Shown: positions 1 through 12,816 of the stretch, in pieces | How the letters are laid out: every line of letters begins with the position of its first letter | How positions within the stretch are numbered: position 1 is the first letter of the stretch | Source: Octopus vulgaris | Lineage: Eukaryota | Length of the DNA: 64,000 nt | Direction of reading: 5' to 3' | Assembly: GCA_951406725.2 (NCBI GenBank) | Contig: OX597818.1 | Coordinates: 141,794,001-141,858,000 of the forward strand | Made by a program: the position numbers and the translations under genes | Notes under the pieces: model-generated | Database searches by the model: none | What the model saw: the letters and a program-made list of their open reading frames with translations, nothing else | Told to the model about the DNA's origin: nothing

Positions 1-490
1 TGTGAGTGTCTGTCTCCTACGATTTAGATTCCTAACTCCTCCCACATTTTGCGGTGCAGTTTAACTAAATTCGGGTATCTTATAGTCGTGATTAATATCA
101 AGCCCGTCTGGCTATTAGCGCGCGTCTACGATGAGTCTACGATTTTAAAAATAATTTAACATCATTTTTTATTCCATTTTAATGCATAAAATGCATCGTG
201 TGTCGATGGCGGCGGAGTTGGCGTCCATGGTCACACCTGCACCTGTTTGCTTCTCCCCTTCTTCCCTCCCTCCTGAAGCTGTGGGGAAGGGAGTTTAAGG
301 AAATCAACGTCGTAATGTGTTGTCAAGGAGACCAGCGTTCTTTTAGAACAACGACTTCATGGCTTGAAGACACCAAAACAGAAATGGCTAAGAAAGCCCG
401 AGTTGGCATCTATAAAGGAAGTAACTCTCTAAAAATGCTTATATAGTTATTTCCCTTACAAACCCGAGCAACGCCGGGCGATACTGCTAG
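1..490 (+). mobile_element. Non-autonomous Helitron, 3' part (5' end lies outside the window)
   Basis: Ends in the hairpin CCCGAGCAACGCCGGG, then CTAG (487-490) and T; homologous to the complete copy at 58868-59260. Confidence 0.8.
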
Positions 491-661
491 TATATATATA
501 TATATATATAATATTTATGAATGAGAAAAGAAGAAAATGGAGAAAATGGGATGCAAATATCAATTTATTCGAAGATATTCAAATCCATATAATGAAATTC
601 CAGTCCTACAGCTGTTTCCATAGCCAATTAGTCCAATTCCAGAAGTATATATATATATATA

Positions 662-1057
662 TTCTTTCTTTTATTTGTTTCAGTCATTTAACTGCGGCCA
701 TGCTGGAGCACCGCCTTTAGTCGAACAAATCGACCCCAGGATTTTGTCTTTGTAAACCTAGCCGCGGACTTTTTCTATCGGACTCTTTTAATGAACCGCT
801 ATATTACGGGGACGTAAACACACCAACATCGATTGTCAAGCGATGGTGGGGAGACAAACATAGACCACACAAACATATATATATATATATATACCTCGAA
901 CTTCTTTCAGTTTCCGTCTACCAAATCCACTTACAAGACTTTGGTCGGTCTGAGGCTATTGTAGAAGACACTTGGTCAAAGGTGCCGCGCAGTGAAACTG
1001 AACCCGGAACTATGTGGTTGGTAAGCAAGCTACTTACCACACAGTCACTCCTGCGCC

Positions 1058-1060
<3 letters not shown>
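662..1060 (-). mobile_element. tRNA-derived SINE family A (CORE-like segment, internal microsatellite)
   Basis: Minus strand has A-box-like and B-box-like (GGTTCAGT) motifs, ACCTTTGACCAAGTGTCTTCT and tail GGTGCTCCAGCATGGCCGCAG; about 11 copies in the window. Confidence 0.85.
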
Positions 1061-1143
<83 letters not shown>

Positions 1144-1699
1144 CGAGGGTGAATCAAAAAGTAATACCATATTGTTTAGGACAGGTATAATTACCAACAC
1201 AGGAACATGTATCATGCATCAAAATGAAGCTAGTCCTCTGTGGTCCACATCCTTACTTCTCAACATTTCCCTCAATAGCACTGTTCCACCATCGAATGAG
1301 AGCATGTATCCCTGCCCCGTAAAGTTCTGTTGACTGTTCTATAGTTTTCACATCCTCGCCACTGGAATAATGGTTGCCTCTAAAACCCTCTTTCATGGGG
1401 CCGAAGAAATAATAGTCCAGTGACGATGATAGTCCAGTGACGATGATAGTCCAGTGACGAGAAAGTGAAAACTGTAGTGAAGAAGTGGCTCAAAGAACAG
1501 TCAACAGAATTTTACGGGACAGGGATACATGCTCTCATTCGAAGGTGGAACATTGCTATTGAGAGAAACTGTGACTATGTTGAGAAGTAGGGATGTGATC
1601 CACAGAGGACCTGCTTCATTTTGATGTATGATACATATTCCGGTGTTGGTAATTATACCTGTCCTAAACAAAATGGCATTACTTTCTGACTCACCCTCG
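1144..1699. mobile_element. Mariner-derived fold-back MITE with about 190-bp inverted repeats
   Basis: TA-CGAGGGTGA...TCACCCTCG termini; the right arm encodes a mariner C-terminus (VKTVVKKWLKEQSTEFYGTGIHALIRRWNIAIERNCDYVEK*); short internal tandem GATAGTCCAGTGAC x3. Confidence 0.8.
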
Positions 1700-1766
<67 letters not shown>

Positions 1767-1997
1767 TACTTGGAGAACAAAAAAGAAACGAAACAACGCG
1801 AGGGCGCTCAGTCATGCAATAAATTAATAAATAAAATATATGCATACATACATACATATATGCACGTACCTACATCTACATGTATATATACATGCATATA
1901 TAAATATATATATGTGAGTACAGGACATGCATGTATATATACATGTAGATGTAGGTACGTACATATATGTATGTATGCATATATTTTATTTATTAAT

Positions 1998-2044
<47 letters not shown>

Positions 2045-2077
2045 GTCAAGTAAGCATAAACTATATGAATACATATG

Positions 2078-2111
<34 letters not shown>

Positions 2112-2113
2112 TG

Positions 2114-2147
<34 letters not shown>

Positions 2148-2299
2148 TGTATGTATGTATGTATGTATGTATATATGTATGTATGTATATGCGCATGAGA
2201 TGATAATCATTACATTGGAATAGGTGTTCACTTTAACCCAATTTTCATTATGAATTTCGAAGGTGATTAAATAAGACTCAGAGTACTGAAGTACACAAG

Positions 2300-2452
2300 G
2301 CACTTCGCTGGTACTCATTTGCAGTTGAGTTGACTGAAATAAAAATGAAATGAAGTGCATTGCTAAGAAACACAACACACCAACCGGTCTAGAAATTGAA
2401 CCCCCGTCATCATGATTGTCAGATCAATACCCGAACAACTATGTCATGCACC
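2300..2452 (-). mobile_element. Old SINE family C fragment
   Basis: Diverged match to the 14153-14484 copy (GAAATGAAGTGCATTGCT..AACACAACAC). Confidence 0.55.
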
Positions 2453-3151
2453 TTTATTCACGCACACACACACACACACACACATACACACACATACAGG
2501 CATACATATATATCGAAGTGATCATTTTGTTTTTGTTTTATATATTATGATTTTTATTGATTTATAAGTGTGCGTATGTGTGAAAAAAAATCTTGGGAAA
2601 TTAATACTACATGAAGTTTCAGTATTCTAATCAGATCATTAAATCGACTTCCTAATTAATGAGCTATGAGCTTATGCAAATTCATTAGGACATAGATCGT
2701 TAGTTCTGCTTGGTCTAAAATAAGTTCATTGATTCGCCAGTATTGAAGACAAACAATTTAAGGGAGGCTATAGGGAAAATTTGTTAAATGAACGATTAAA
2801 CACAAATCAATAGATTAATAAATACATCGTCTTCCCCCACCTTTGACCAACTAAGGTACTCCTTCCTTCTCAACTCTCTGGTGAAGGACAAAATTCCAAA
2901 AGGTCATACTTTCATTTCATCTCAATTCAATTGTTTTGGTATTCAACGAACTCTTACTTTGATGTATTGTTGCCACAGGCACATTTCCACTTGTTCCCTC
3001 AGATACCATCTTGGAATACTTACAAGAATCGAAGACTAAATGTCATTTCTTCAGGACAAGAACGCATGCGCATAAAGGAACACGTGCGTATTTATAAATA
3101 AATAAGCTAACAGACGCAAGGACAGAGATAGTTTTGTCTTTTATTTTCCAT

Positions 3152-3472
3152 CTTTTATCATTTACTTGTTTCAGTCATTAGGCTGCGACCATGCTGGGGC
3201 ACTACCTTGATGAATTCTAGTCGAATGAATCGACCTACTCCAACACTTTTTCAGCCTGGTATTTATTCTCCGGGTCTCTAACCGAACCGCTAAGTTACGA
3301 GGTTGTCAAGCAGCGGTAGGAGACAAACAGACACATAGACATACACACATACATTATATATATACACGACAGAATTCTTATAGTTTCCGTTTTCCAAATC
3401 CACTCACAAACCTCTGATCGGCCTGGGGCTATAGTAGAAGACACTTGACCAAGGTGCCAGCTGTGGAACTGA
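3152..3472 (-). mobile_element. SINE family A copy, partial
   Basis: TTTACTTGTTTCAGTCAT...GAACCGCTAAG...AGTAGAAGACACTTG blocks shared with other copies. Confidence 0.8.
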
Positions 3473-3615
3473 TACAAAGAAGTAACAAGAATCTTTAAAA
3501 ATATACTTGGTAATCAAAGTTTTCCCCTAGAATTGGTCTTCAGGTTGATCTAAAGAAACTCTGTGCATTAATGTATACAAATATACATATATAGATATGT
3601 ACATGCATACACCTA

Positions 3616-4496
3616 CGAGGTCTGATCAATAAGTATCCGGACTGTTGCCATAGTAACAAAGCTAAAGCACGCAGAGTGAAGCTGCTTCGCACAGATTGAC
3701 CTTAAACTCTTCTGTGCATGTGTACTAAGTTTTAACGTTCTAGCATAACTTGTGCTGTTTACAGCAGTGCTTGGAAGAAAGGTGCGTAGCGCATGATCGT
3801 CGCACTGACCATGACAGAGAAAGTTGTCATGGCGATACCTGTTCAGAGGCCTACGGAAAGTTGCAGAAAATATATGGAGAGGAGTCTATGAGCTGCACAC
3901 AAGTATACAAGTGGCTCAGATGTTTCCAAGATGGCCGAAAAACTGTCGACATTGACGAACATTCTGGGAGCCCCGCAACCAGCAGAACTAAGAAAAACAT
4001 CGCACATGAGCGTGCACTTGTGAGGGGAAATCGTCGAATCACAATCCGTGAGTTATCAGAGGATGTGCAGATTAGTTACGGTTCAATTCAGTCCATTATC
4101 ACTGAAGATTTGGGTATGAGAGGAGTGTCCGCTAAGTTTGTGCCAAAGCTGCTTTCAGTTGACCAAAAAGACATTCGGGTTTCAGTTGCTCAAGATCTCC
4201 TTGATTGTGTTGGGAACAATGAAAATTTTGTGTAGGTCTCTAAGCAGGTATCCCACAGCTTTTGGCAAAATTTGATGCAGATTCTCTGTTCAGCTTTTTC
4301 TGTCATGGTCAATGCGACGATCACGCGCTACACACCTTCCTTCTAAGCACTGCTGTAAACAGTGGAGGTGAGCTAGATCGTTGAAACTTAATGCGCATGC
4401 ACAACAGAGTTCAAGGTAAATCTGTGCCAAGCAGCTTCACACTGCGTGCTTTAGATTCGTTACTATGGTAACAGTTCGGATGCTTATTGATCAGAC
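3616..4496 (+). mobile_element. Internally deleted mariner with long inverted repeats and an N-terminal HTH transposase remnant
   Basis: TA-CGAGGTCTGATCAATAAG...CTTATTGATCAGAC termini; ORF 3750-4235 has QVYKW..FQDGR, RRITIREL and the FVPKLL linker, but no DDD domain. Confidence 0.85.
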
Positions 4497-4519
4497 GACA
4501 CACACACACACACACACAC

Positions 4520-4577
<58 letters not shown>

Positions 4578-4636
4578 GTATATATATATATATATATATA
4601 TACATATATATATACATATATATACATATACGTATA

Positions 4637-4676
<40 letters not shown>

Positions 4677-4989
4677 TATATACATATATATATGTATACA
4701 TATATATAGTTTATATATATACATATATATATACATATATATGTATGTATGTACATATATGTATGTCTGTATATATATGTATGTATGTATGTATGTATAA
4801 GAGACTTTGTGTCAACCAGCATTAACTTGGATCATCTGTGGTCTTCTTTGCTATATATGCACTTTCTCTTCGGTTTGTTATGATCAATAAAACATGAAAT
4901 GTGTGTGTGTGCGCGAGCTTGCGTGCATAATAATATTTTGGAAATAGATTTTCTTAAATTATAAATATTAATTATATTGAAAATTCTTT

Positions 4990-6480
4990 TAAAATTCAGA
5001 TTAAAACAAATCTCTAAGTTGAGAGTCTTTTGTGTAAGGGCTTTCGTTATCTTCAGCTTTTCAAACGCACGTGGTAATCCGTATAATAGTAATTGCATTC
5101 GGTAACAGTTGTGACTATTTTCGCTTTAATTTCACAATGAAAATTTTTAAAAAGTATTTTCATTTGCTTTTCGTAATAGCTCATTTTCTTTCTTTCTTTT
5201 TTTTAAGGTATGTTTTGAAATTCTCATTGGTTCAAATATTTAAATGTTCACTCCATGAAACATTCCTGCCAGATGGATCCTTGATTTGTTGTTTGTGTAC
5301 TATGATTCGATCCATTAATTTTCTTTTCTGTTTCGTCGATAGAATTCTCAATGTATTGTAAAAATGTAAGATCTTTTGCTTTGCAATTCATATTTGCACT
5401 CGCCTTAAATTCTTTCACATTCTGGAACTATTTCATCTTACCCTGTTCAATCAAATCTCACGTTCTACAACGAAGGCCTTCACATTTTCTTACCCGCATT
5501 ATTTCTTCCTCTGGTGTGAATTTCATCTTTGTTAACAAAGCCTCTTTGTAGTTCTCTTCGCCTGTTAATAATTTGTGACTCTTTAACGATTCCCTTCCCC
5601 CTCCTTTTAAATGTAATGACTGGTGTAGACCTGAAAGGTATTGTTTGACCGAATAGAAGATCTTGTTATTTCTGAGACTGTTAATGACTGCAGATGGAAT
5701 ATTTTTGTGTGTGTCTTCCACTTTATTTCTGAGAGTGTTTTCGTAAATCAGACTGGTATTTATTTTTCCTAGATTAGTAACTATTATGTTTTTAGCGATA
5801 TTTTGTCTCTAGAGAAATATTTTTACTTCTTTCTGTTGTCTGTCTCGTCTAGTTTGTAACTATTGATTATTTACACCTTGTCATACATAATGTGATATTT
5901 CTTTTAGTATGGGATGGACGGTAAGATCTAAAGTCTAAATATTGATATGTATCCACACTCTTGCAGCAAGGACCTGTTGTAATAGTCTCGTTTTTCTTAA
6001 TTAAAAAGATTTCCAGAGAAGAAAAAATTTTTTCATTCATTTCCATAGTAAATCGGATTGATCTTTTAGTCTGTTGATTAAGTTATAAAAATCTGTTAAG
6101 GTCTTCTTTGTATCGGGTCTAAAATAAGAAACAACCATCCAGGTGTCTTTTCCAGTTTTCTTTTGAAAGGGATTAGAAACGCTGATCAGAAATAATTCAA
6201 GTTCGAAGAGAGTTTTTTTTCCCCTCCTAGGGCTGCAAAAGTGGTTACAATTATTGTACCCTTGGCCGTCCCTTCTATTTGCTGGTATTAATTATCAAAC
6301 ATGAAGTACTTGTTTTCTAGCACGAACCGTAATCCTTCTAGTATGAATTACTTTGAGATTTTCTGATGAATTATAGATGGGCATTCGTCTGTGCGGAATT
6401 CTACGGCCTCCACTCCTAATCCACAGGGAAGTTTTGTGTGAAGGAAAGTCATAGCCAAAATAATCAGGGACATCATGATA
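4990..6480 (-). mobile_element. Degenerate Penelope-like retroelement (RT plus GIY-YIG region)
   Basis: Minus-strand YQQIEGTAKGT (about 6260-6290), ENWKRHLDGCF (about 6130-6160), RKCEGLRCRT and IVHKQQIKDP...SEHL; many stops and frameshifts. Confidence 0.75.
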
Positions 6481-6532
6481 TATATATGAATATATGTATA
6501 TATGTATGTGCATGTATGTATGTTCGTATGTG

Positions 6533-6582
<50 letters not shown>

Positions 6583-6884
6583 TACACGCACATCTCATAT
6601 TATATACTGAGGATGACCATAAGGTGGTCGGAACCGTGCGGTCTGGTGGGCTCGAGACTCGGAGCTAAAATAGTAGGGGGTTCTCTCCCTGCTTACAATA
6701 CATATCGAGTGCAGAGTGCACTGAATAATCAAACAAAAAAGCGTCCTTCTGGGGTTAAAACAGCAGTATCCTAGGGAACATCCGTGTTTAGCTAGCGTTA
6801 AACGCTACTCCTCAGTATAAATACTGTTTTCATCTCTTAAAGAGATTTTCCTAAATAGGTAATTTGCATATTATGTAAAGATAG

Positions 6885-6920
<36 letters not shown>

Positions 6921-7047
6921 GTGTGCGTGTGTGTACATGTAGATATATGTGTCAGTGTGTATGTATGCGTATATGTGTATATGTTCATGCTATATATATA
7001 CATACATACATACATACATGCATACATACATACATACATACATATAT

Positions 7048-7122
<75 letters not shown>

Positions 7123-7127
7123 TTTAT

Positions 7128-7428
7128 GAAAGAATGGAGTTGAACGACTTGTTAACAAATTTCCTTTATTTTCGACATATGTTTCGAAGGCTGCATATTC
7201 CTAATTCCGAAGGAATAAGGAGTACATTACGCAGATTTCTCATCAGGAAAGGCAAGGAACTTATGTCGACATCAAAATGCACAAAAAACTTTTAGCTGAC
7301 TGCTCTCAAGGAGCCCATGCCCTAGGGACGTAACTTCAACCGTGTTCTTTCCGATGTGAATTTGCTACCCAGGTATCGGTTATCTTTCGAATTATCCTTA
7401 ATAAGATAATTCATTCAACTACTCAAAC
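7128..7428 (-). mobile_element. Short non-coding element, probably a solo Penelope pseudo-LTR, carrying a hammerhead ribozyme
   Basis: Homologous to 27397-27660; flanked by (TA)n on both sides; AATAAA follows the ribozyme. Confidence 0.65.
7170..7250 (-). ncRNA. Type I hammerhead ribozyme motif (canonical core, palindromic stem III)
   Basis: UUUC-CUGAUGA-GAAAUCUGC...GCAGCCUUC-GAAA-CAUAUG-UC/GAAA; predicted cleavage between + positions 7174 and 7173. Confidence 0.8.
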
Positions 7429-8029
7429 ATATATATATATATATATATAAAGTGGACTGTTCCGTGATAGAAAATTCAACAAAAAAAGTACACCATCTGG
7501 TGAGAGATAAATATGCTATTATATTGTACTAGCACATCTACCCATCTCCGATGGAGGTATAACTTGAGGGCGGGAAGTCAAAACAGCAATTTGTATAACA
7601 TTGATAAATGTGTAAATGGACTCGACAGATTACTGGGTAATGTCTTAGAGAAGTCACAATTGTTGGTGATGCAGCATTCCCTAGCAGCTATATGACATTT
7701 GTTTGCGACTAAGTGACGTGTGATAACGATTCACTCCCGTTCCGAAATAGGCACACCTCCTCTGTATCATGAATGGTTATGTGGATCACTCCTAAAGAAA
7801 GCCAGAGCTTCCTTCGACCACTACATAAAATGTAGTAAGAAAAAAATATTATTTAGATATACTTTTATTTTAGTTGTTTACACTATTTTACGCTTGTTTA
7901 TACTCTCATGCATTCAAAGTTCATTAATTTCCATATTTAAATTATGAATTTATTCCTTTCGATAATATCAATATGGTTACAAAACTTTTTGTAGACGATA
8001 TTTTCTGTTTGGTCGACACTACTTGTCAA

Positions 8030-8500
8030 ATTCCTGGAGTCCGTTGCTCTACTCATAGCAACATATAACTGACCGTGTGTAAACATCGGTGTGGGTAAAA
8101 ATACTTCTACCCGATCTAAAGTCTGGCCCTGTGCCTTGTCTGCTGCGAATGCGCGAGCGGATTCTTTATGGTTACAAAAAAATCAAACTAAGACTTAACT
8201 CTCACTGTCCTATGCGAATAATGTCTAAATGTTCTGGTACCGTGGGTTATTTTGATTGACAAAGCTGAGACGTAAACAACAGCCACTTCGATTAGGGGTG
8301 CTGGAATGCAGTCATGATGGCATCTTACTGTTGGACACTGAAGAGAAACATTCCTGCTGCTCGGTATTCTAGAGGTTCGAATAAACGCAATTTCATGCCC
8401 TGAATTTTGAACAATGGTGGCATAACATTTAATATGCATGTACTTATCTTTATCAGTGTCTACGATTCAATTTGCAGCAATCGAAGAAGATTGTGGCATT
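8030..8500 (-). mobile_element. Helitron Rep/Hel remnant (PIF1 helicase C-terminus)
   Basis: Minus strand reads DKAQGQTLDRVEVFLPTPMFTHGQLYVAMSR (about 8045-8140), matching PIF1 motifs V and VI. Confidence 0.8.
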
Positions 8501-8780
8501 TAATTAATAAATCGTGTAAGAAAATATTTTTTTTATCTTAAAAACCTATTTCGGATGGGAAATATTAACAAAAATCAACCGATAATGTAAGAAAAATGTA
8601 CTCAATTTAGTCAGAAGATCGGATTTTTTAAAGATCAACTTACCATAGAAACCTGACCTGATCGAGAGAAACGGATGTCATTTTTGGATTCAGCGGTGCA
8701 AAATTGTTCTAACCCAGTTGAAAAAGCTCACACAACTTACAAAACATGTCTATCTTTTAAATAAATTGTGTATATATATA

Positions 8781-8817
<37 letters not shown>

Positions 8818-8821
<4 letters not shown>

Positions 8822-9693
8822 CCTTAAATCCTTAAAAATGTTTTAGCCCGAAGGCCGCGGCCATGCTGGGGCACCACCGCTGAATGAGCCACACTAGTTT
8901 GTGAATCCACCTCTGATACGTGGCACTTGATCAACAAGGGAGTTCGATGCTGCTGCCCGCATCCGTGTCTCTTGTCGTGAGGTAGGTTCATCTGGGACTC
9001 CCAACAAGAAGAGATCCAGTTTAGTTTTAAAGAAACCCACATCCACACCATGTAAGTCTCTCAGGCATTTAGGGAGGATGTTGAAAAGCTGTGGTCCTCT
9101 GAAACCCAAGCTGTTGCAGTATCTGGACCTGTATTTTGATGGTGATGTTGGAATCCTTGGCACCACGCAGCGGCGCCCGTTCTGCGGTTGGAGTAACTTT
9201 GAATGCCAAAGTTTGGGACAAGACCCTCCAGGATTTTCCAGATGTATATTACTGCATATCTCTCCCGCCTCCGCTCCAGGGAGAAGAGGTTTAATACCTT
9301 CAGTCTTTCCCAGTAGCTGACATTTTGCATTGAGACGATTTTCTTTGTGTAGCTTCTCTGAGTTGCTTCGAGTTCTGCTGTTTGTTTTATATTGTGTGGT
9401 GACCAAAGTTGGGAGCAGTAGTCCAAGCGGCTGAGGACAAATGTTTTCCATAGGACCATCAGTGTCTCCTTCTCTCTTGTTCTGAAAGTTCGGAGAATCC
9501 ATCCAGCTAGCCGTCTGCATTTTATCACCAGATTAGCAATATGCATTTGGAAAGATGCATCATTGCTCATGTCAATGCCCAGGTCACGCACTGATTTTGA
9601 CTCAGGGATTGCAATTCTTCCTGGGCCAGTGTATCCAGTCTTCACGTCATTTACCTTTGTGTGCCAGTAGCGCAGGGCCTGGAACTTACCTGC

Positions 9694-9696
<3 letters not shown>
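8818..9696 (-). mobile_element. 5'-truncated CR1/L2-group LINE, 3' end
   Basis: VRDLGI, RLDYCSQLWSPH, LFSLERRRER and GPQLFNILP; tail (TTTAAGGA)n; flanked by (TA)n. Confidence 0.9.
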
Positions 9697-9743
<47 letters not shown>

Positions 9744-9744
9744 C

Positions 9745-9777
<33 letters not shown>

Positions 9778-10583
9778 CATATATATACATCAAAATATAT
9801 ATATATACATGCATATATGTATATATATACATACATATATATTTATATATATGCATGTTTGTGTGTACGTGTATATCCATGCATATATATATATATGCAT
9901 ATGCACCCATATTTAAACATACATACATGCAAAAGTATATACACAAACATGTCACACTTGTGTATGTGTGTGTGCGTCCGTGCGTGTGTGTGCGTGCGTG
10001 TGTAGTGTCAGTAATGCATCCATCTATATTCTGCCTCTGCTTAGTATGTCCAGTGTCTGTCCGTGTGTATGTGTAGGAATCTCAATGAAGGCATGTGCAT
10101 TCGCCTTTCGCCTTAGTGCATGCCTTTATGGCTCCCAGCGTCTCTTTGTGACTCAATATTTTTGCACGTGTTCATACAGTGTTTCCATTTAAATCTTCAG
10201 TCACAGCAAAAACCTTTCATCTCCTCTCATGCCACACGCTGTCCTATTAACCTGAGAAATGCAGCGTGAGCAAATTTTCTAATAATTTAAAATCCACTTT
10301 TTCGATGACTAACCATTTCCATTAAGGTTGAGGTTGGGAAGATATTTTTCACTCTTTACTTGTTTTGTTTTTTTTGTTTTGTTTTGTTTTGATTTTTGCT
10401 TCAGTTTTTTTTTTCTTTTCTTTTTCTTTTTTTTCCTCGCTTAAATTTTCGCAAATACAAAGTTTTCTCTTCCCGAATACAATTACCAACTATTTTCATT
10501 CAAATACAAGGCTCATTGTCTAAAAGTATAATTTTTTCACTCGGACTTTGTATGTATATGTACACACATTCACACACACACAT

Positions 10584-10614
<31 letters not shown>

Positions 10615-10679
10615 TACATACATACATACATACATACATACATACATACATACATACATACATGCATGCATATATATAC

Positions 10680-10762
<83 letters not shown>

Positions 10763-10765
<3 letters not shown>

Positions 10766-11027
10766 GGTGCGTAAGATATTTGAGGACAGATTTATGTTTA
10801 TAAAAAAAAGATATATAATAACAGGTAATAAAAAGTTCTATGAGGATAAAAATAAACTTCCTTTCCTATAATGTTATTCAATAAAGTCACCTTCAGCTTC
10901 TACAACTGCTTCTATATGAGATCGAAATCATTCACATGCTCGAATCGAGTGGTCTTGGTTCATTTTGGACATAGCTCTGACTATGGCAGCTTTCATAGAA
11001 TCTTTGGTGTTATGGGCGTGTTCATTG

Positions 11028-11070
<43 letters not shown>

Positions 11071-12034
11071 AAGCTCCACATACAATAGTTCAATGGATTG
11101 AGATCTGGGAATTAGGAGGCCAAATGTTAGAGGTTATGTGATCATGAACATTTTCAGCCATCCCTTCCTGTGTTACTAGAGCCATGTGTGATAGTGCAGA
11201 GTCTTACTGAAACACATATGACCTTCCATTGCATACACTGTCTATACAGAGTTTAATTATTTCCAGGACCTCAATGTAGGTGGCAGAATTAATTCTAAGG
11301 CCTTGTAGAAAGAAGTAAGGAGGCATTACATGCCCCTCATTGCTGACAACCCCTAAAACCATGATAGTTGCAGGAAATTTTGTATGCATAACATTTGGAA
11401 CTTCAGAATGGTCTGTACATAACCATCTGTCATTTCTTCTGTTAACTTTTTGATCTTGATCGAAGTTTTTCTCGTTTGAACAAAACCAAATCAATCTTTG
11501 TTTGCTGGATTTTTCAGTTTGTTTAAGAGTCTTTTAGATCTGATGTAGAGATTTTCTATTGCTTTTACTGACAAATTGACCTTCCCTCATCATATAAGAC
11601 TTATATCTAGTATCTTCGTGGACAACATTTCTGACTCTTCCTTCTGACACATGGAGAACTTTTGCAATCGACCTAATGGACTTTCTGAGATTGTAATCAA
11701 TGGTCTGTCGAACTTGCTGGGTAAATTCAGGTGTTCTGATGAATATCAGGGCGTTTAGAATGCTTTTTATGCTTTGATACTAGTGATACGGTTCTATCTT
11801 CAGTTTCTAGCTCCTCACAAAATTTGTAGACGAAAGATCTGGCAACTTTTGAAACTCGATATTTCCAGATCGCAATGCTCAGCTTTTATAACCACAATAA
11901 CATCATGCCTTTTCATTTCTTGAGTAAGCTGAGGGTCTGCTATTATTATTTTCTGAAACAAAGATTATACAGAGTTAGCAAAAAGTGAAGCAATGACCCC
12001 ATAATGATATGTCCTAAAATATTTATACACCCTG
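10763..12034 (-). mobile_element. Near full-length degenerate Tc1/mariner transposon, maT/DD37D-like
   Basis: TA-flanked TIRs CAGGGTGCGTAAGATATTTGAGGACA and TGTCCTAAAATATTTATACACCCTG; ORF 11204-11494 has NRRNDRW, TKFPATIMVLGVVS and YVFQ. Confidence 0.85.
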
Positions 12035-12455
12035 TATCTATATATAGATATACATACATACATACATTTATATGTGTGTGTATGTGTGTGTGTGAGATAT
12101 ATATATATATATATACTCATCATGGAGGTCTGTCATTTACAAGGCCAAGGAAGGCGTTAATTACGTGATCTGGCCTTTCCGATGGCCTTAGCAGACGGTT
12201 ATCACCTGCCACTGATATAAACACGAGTGCTTATATGCACCACAAATCCATATGATAGGTTCTCTAATGGTAAATAATGCAGTTTTCTGCATTCTAACAG
12301 CAGGTCCACTTGAGAGGTAAATATTACGTTTAGGTATTAATACAGCTTCTATTAATAATTTATTAATTATTTGAGATATTTATATATGTTTGTATGAGAG
12401 TGTATGCGTATTTATATGGGTATGTGTTTGAGTTCATGTGTATGTATGTGTGCTG

Positions 12456-12493
<38 letters not shown>

Positions 12494-12816
12494 CTTAAAG
12501 CATATTTCTAACTATGTCTATTCGTCTGTGCCTGATGTACACATGATCATATATATTATTACGCACCATTTCACACCGAATAATTCTAAACGCATCCTAC
12601 TCCATCCATCTACCTTGTGTTTGATTTCAATTCTAAGATAGTCGTAAAAGCTATACATTTCTGTCCACTAGTTTTTCCAATTATGTCAATCTTTCATCTG
12701 ACTGACCTTCAGTTCTGCTGCAAGAGGTATTTCTCTCTATCCACCCTCTTCATGTTGCGCTTGTTCTCGATTTCTTCCTATATTATGAAATAACTCATGA
12801 AAGAAAATCATCATAT

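Noticed and set aside
595-645. Minus-strand GAAACAGCUGUA half-hammerhead
   Set aside because: Palindromic stem III and UA are present, but there is no upstream NUGANNA core; probably a truncated pLTR.
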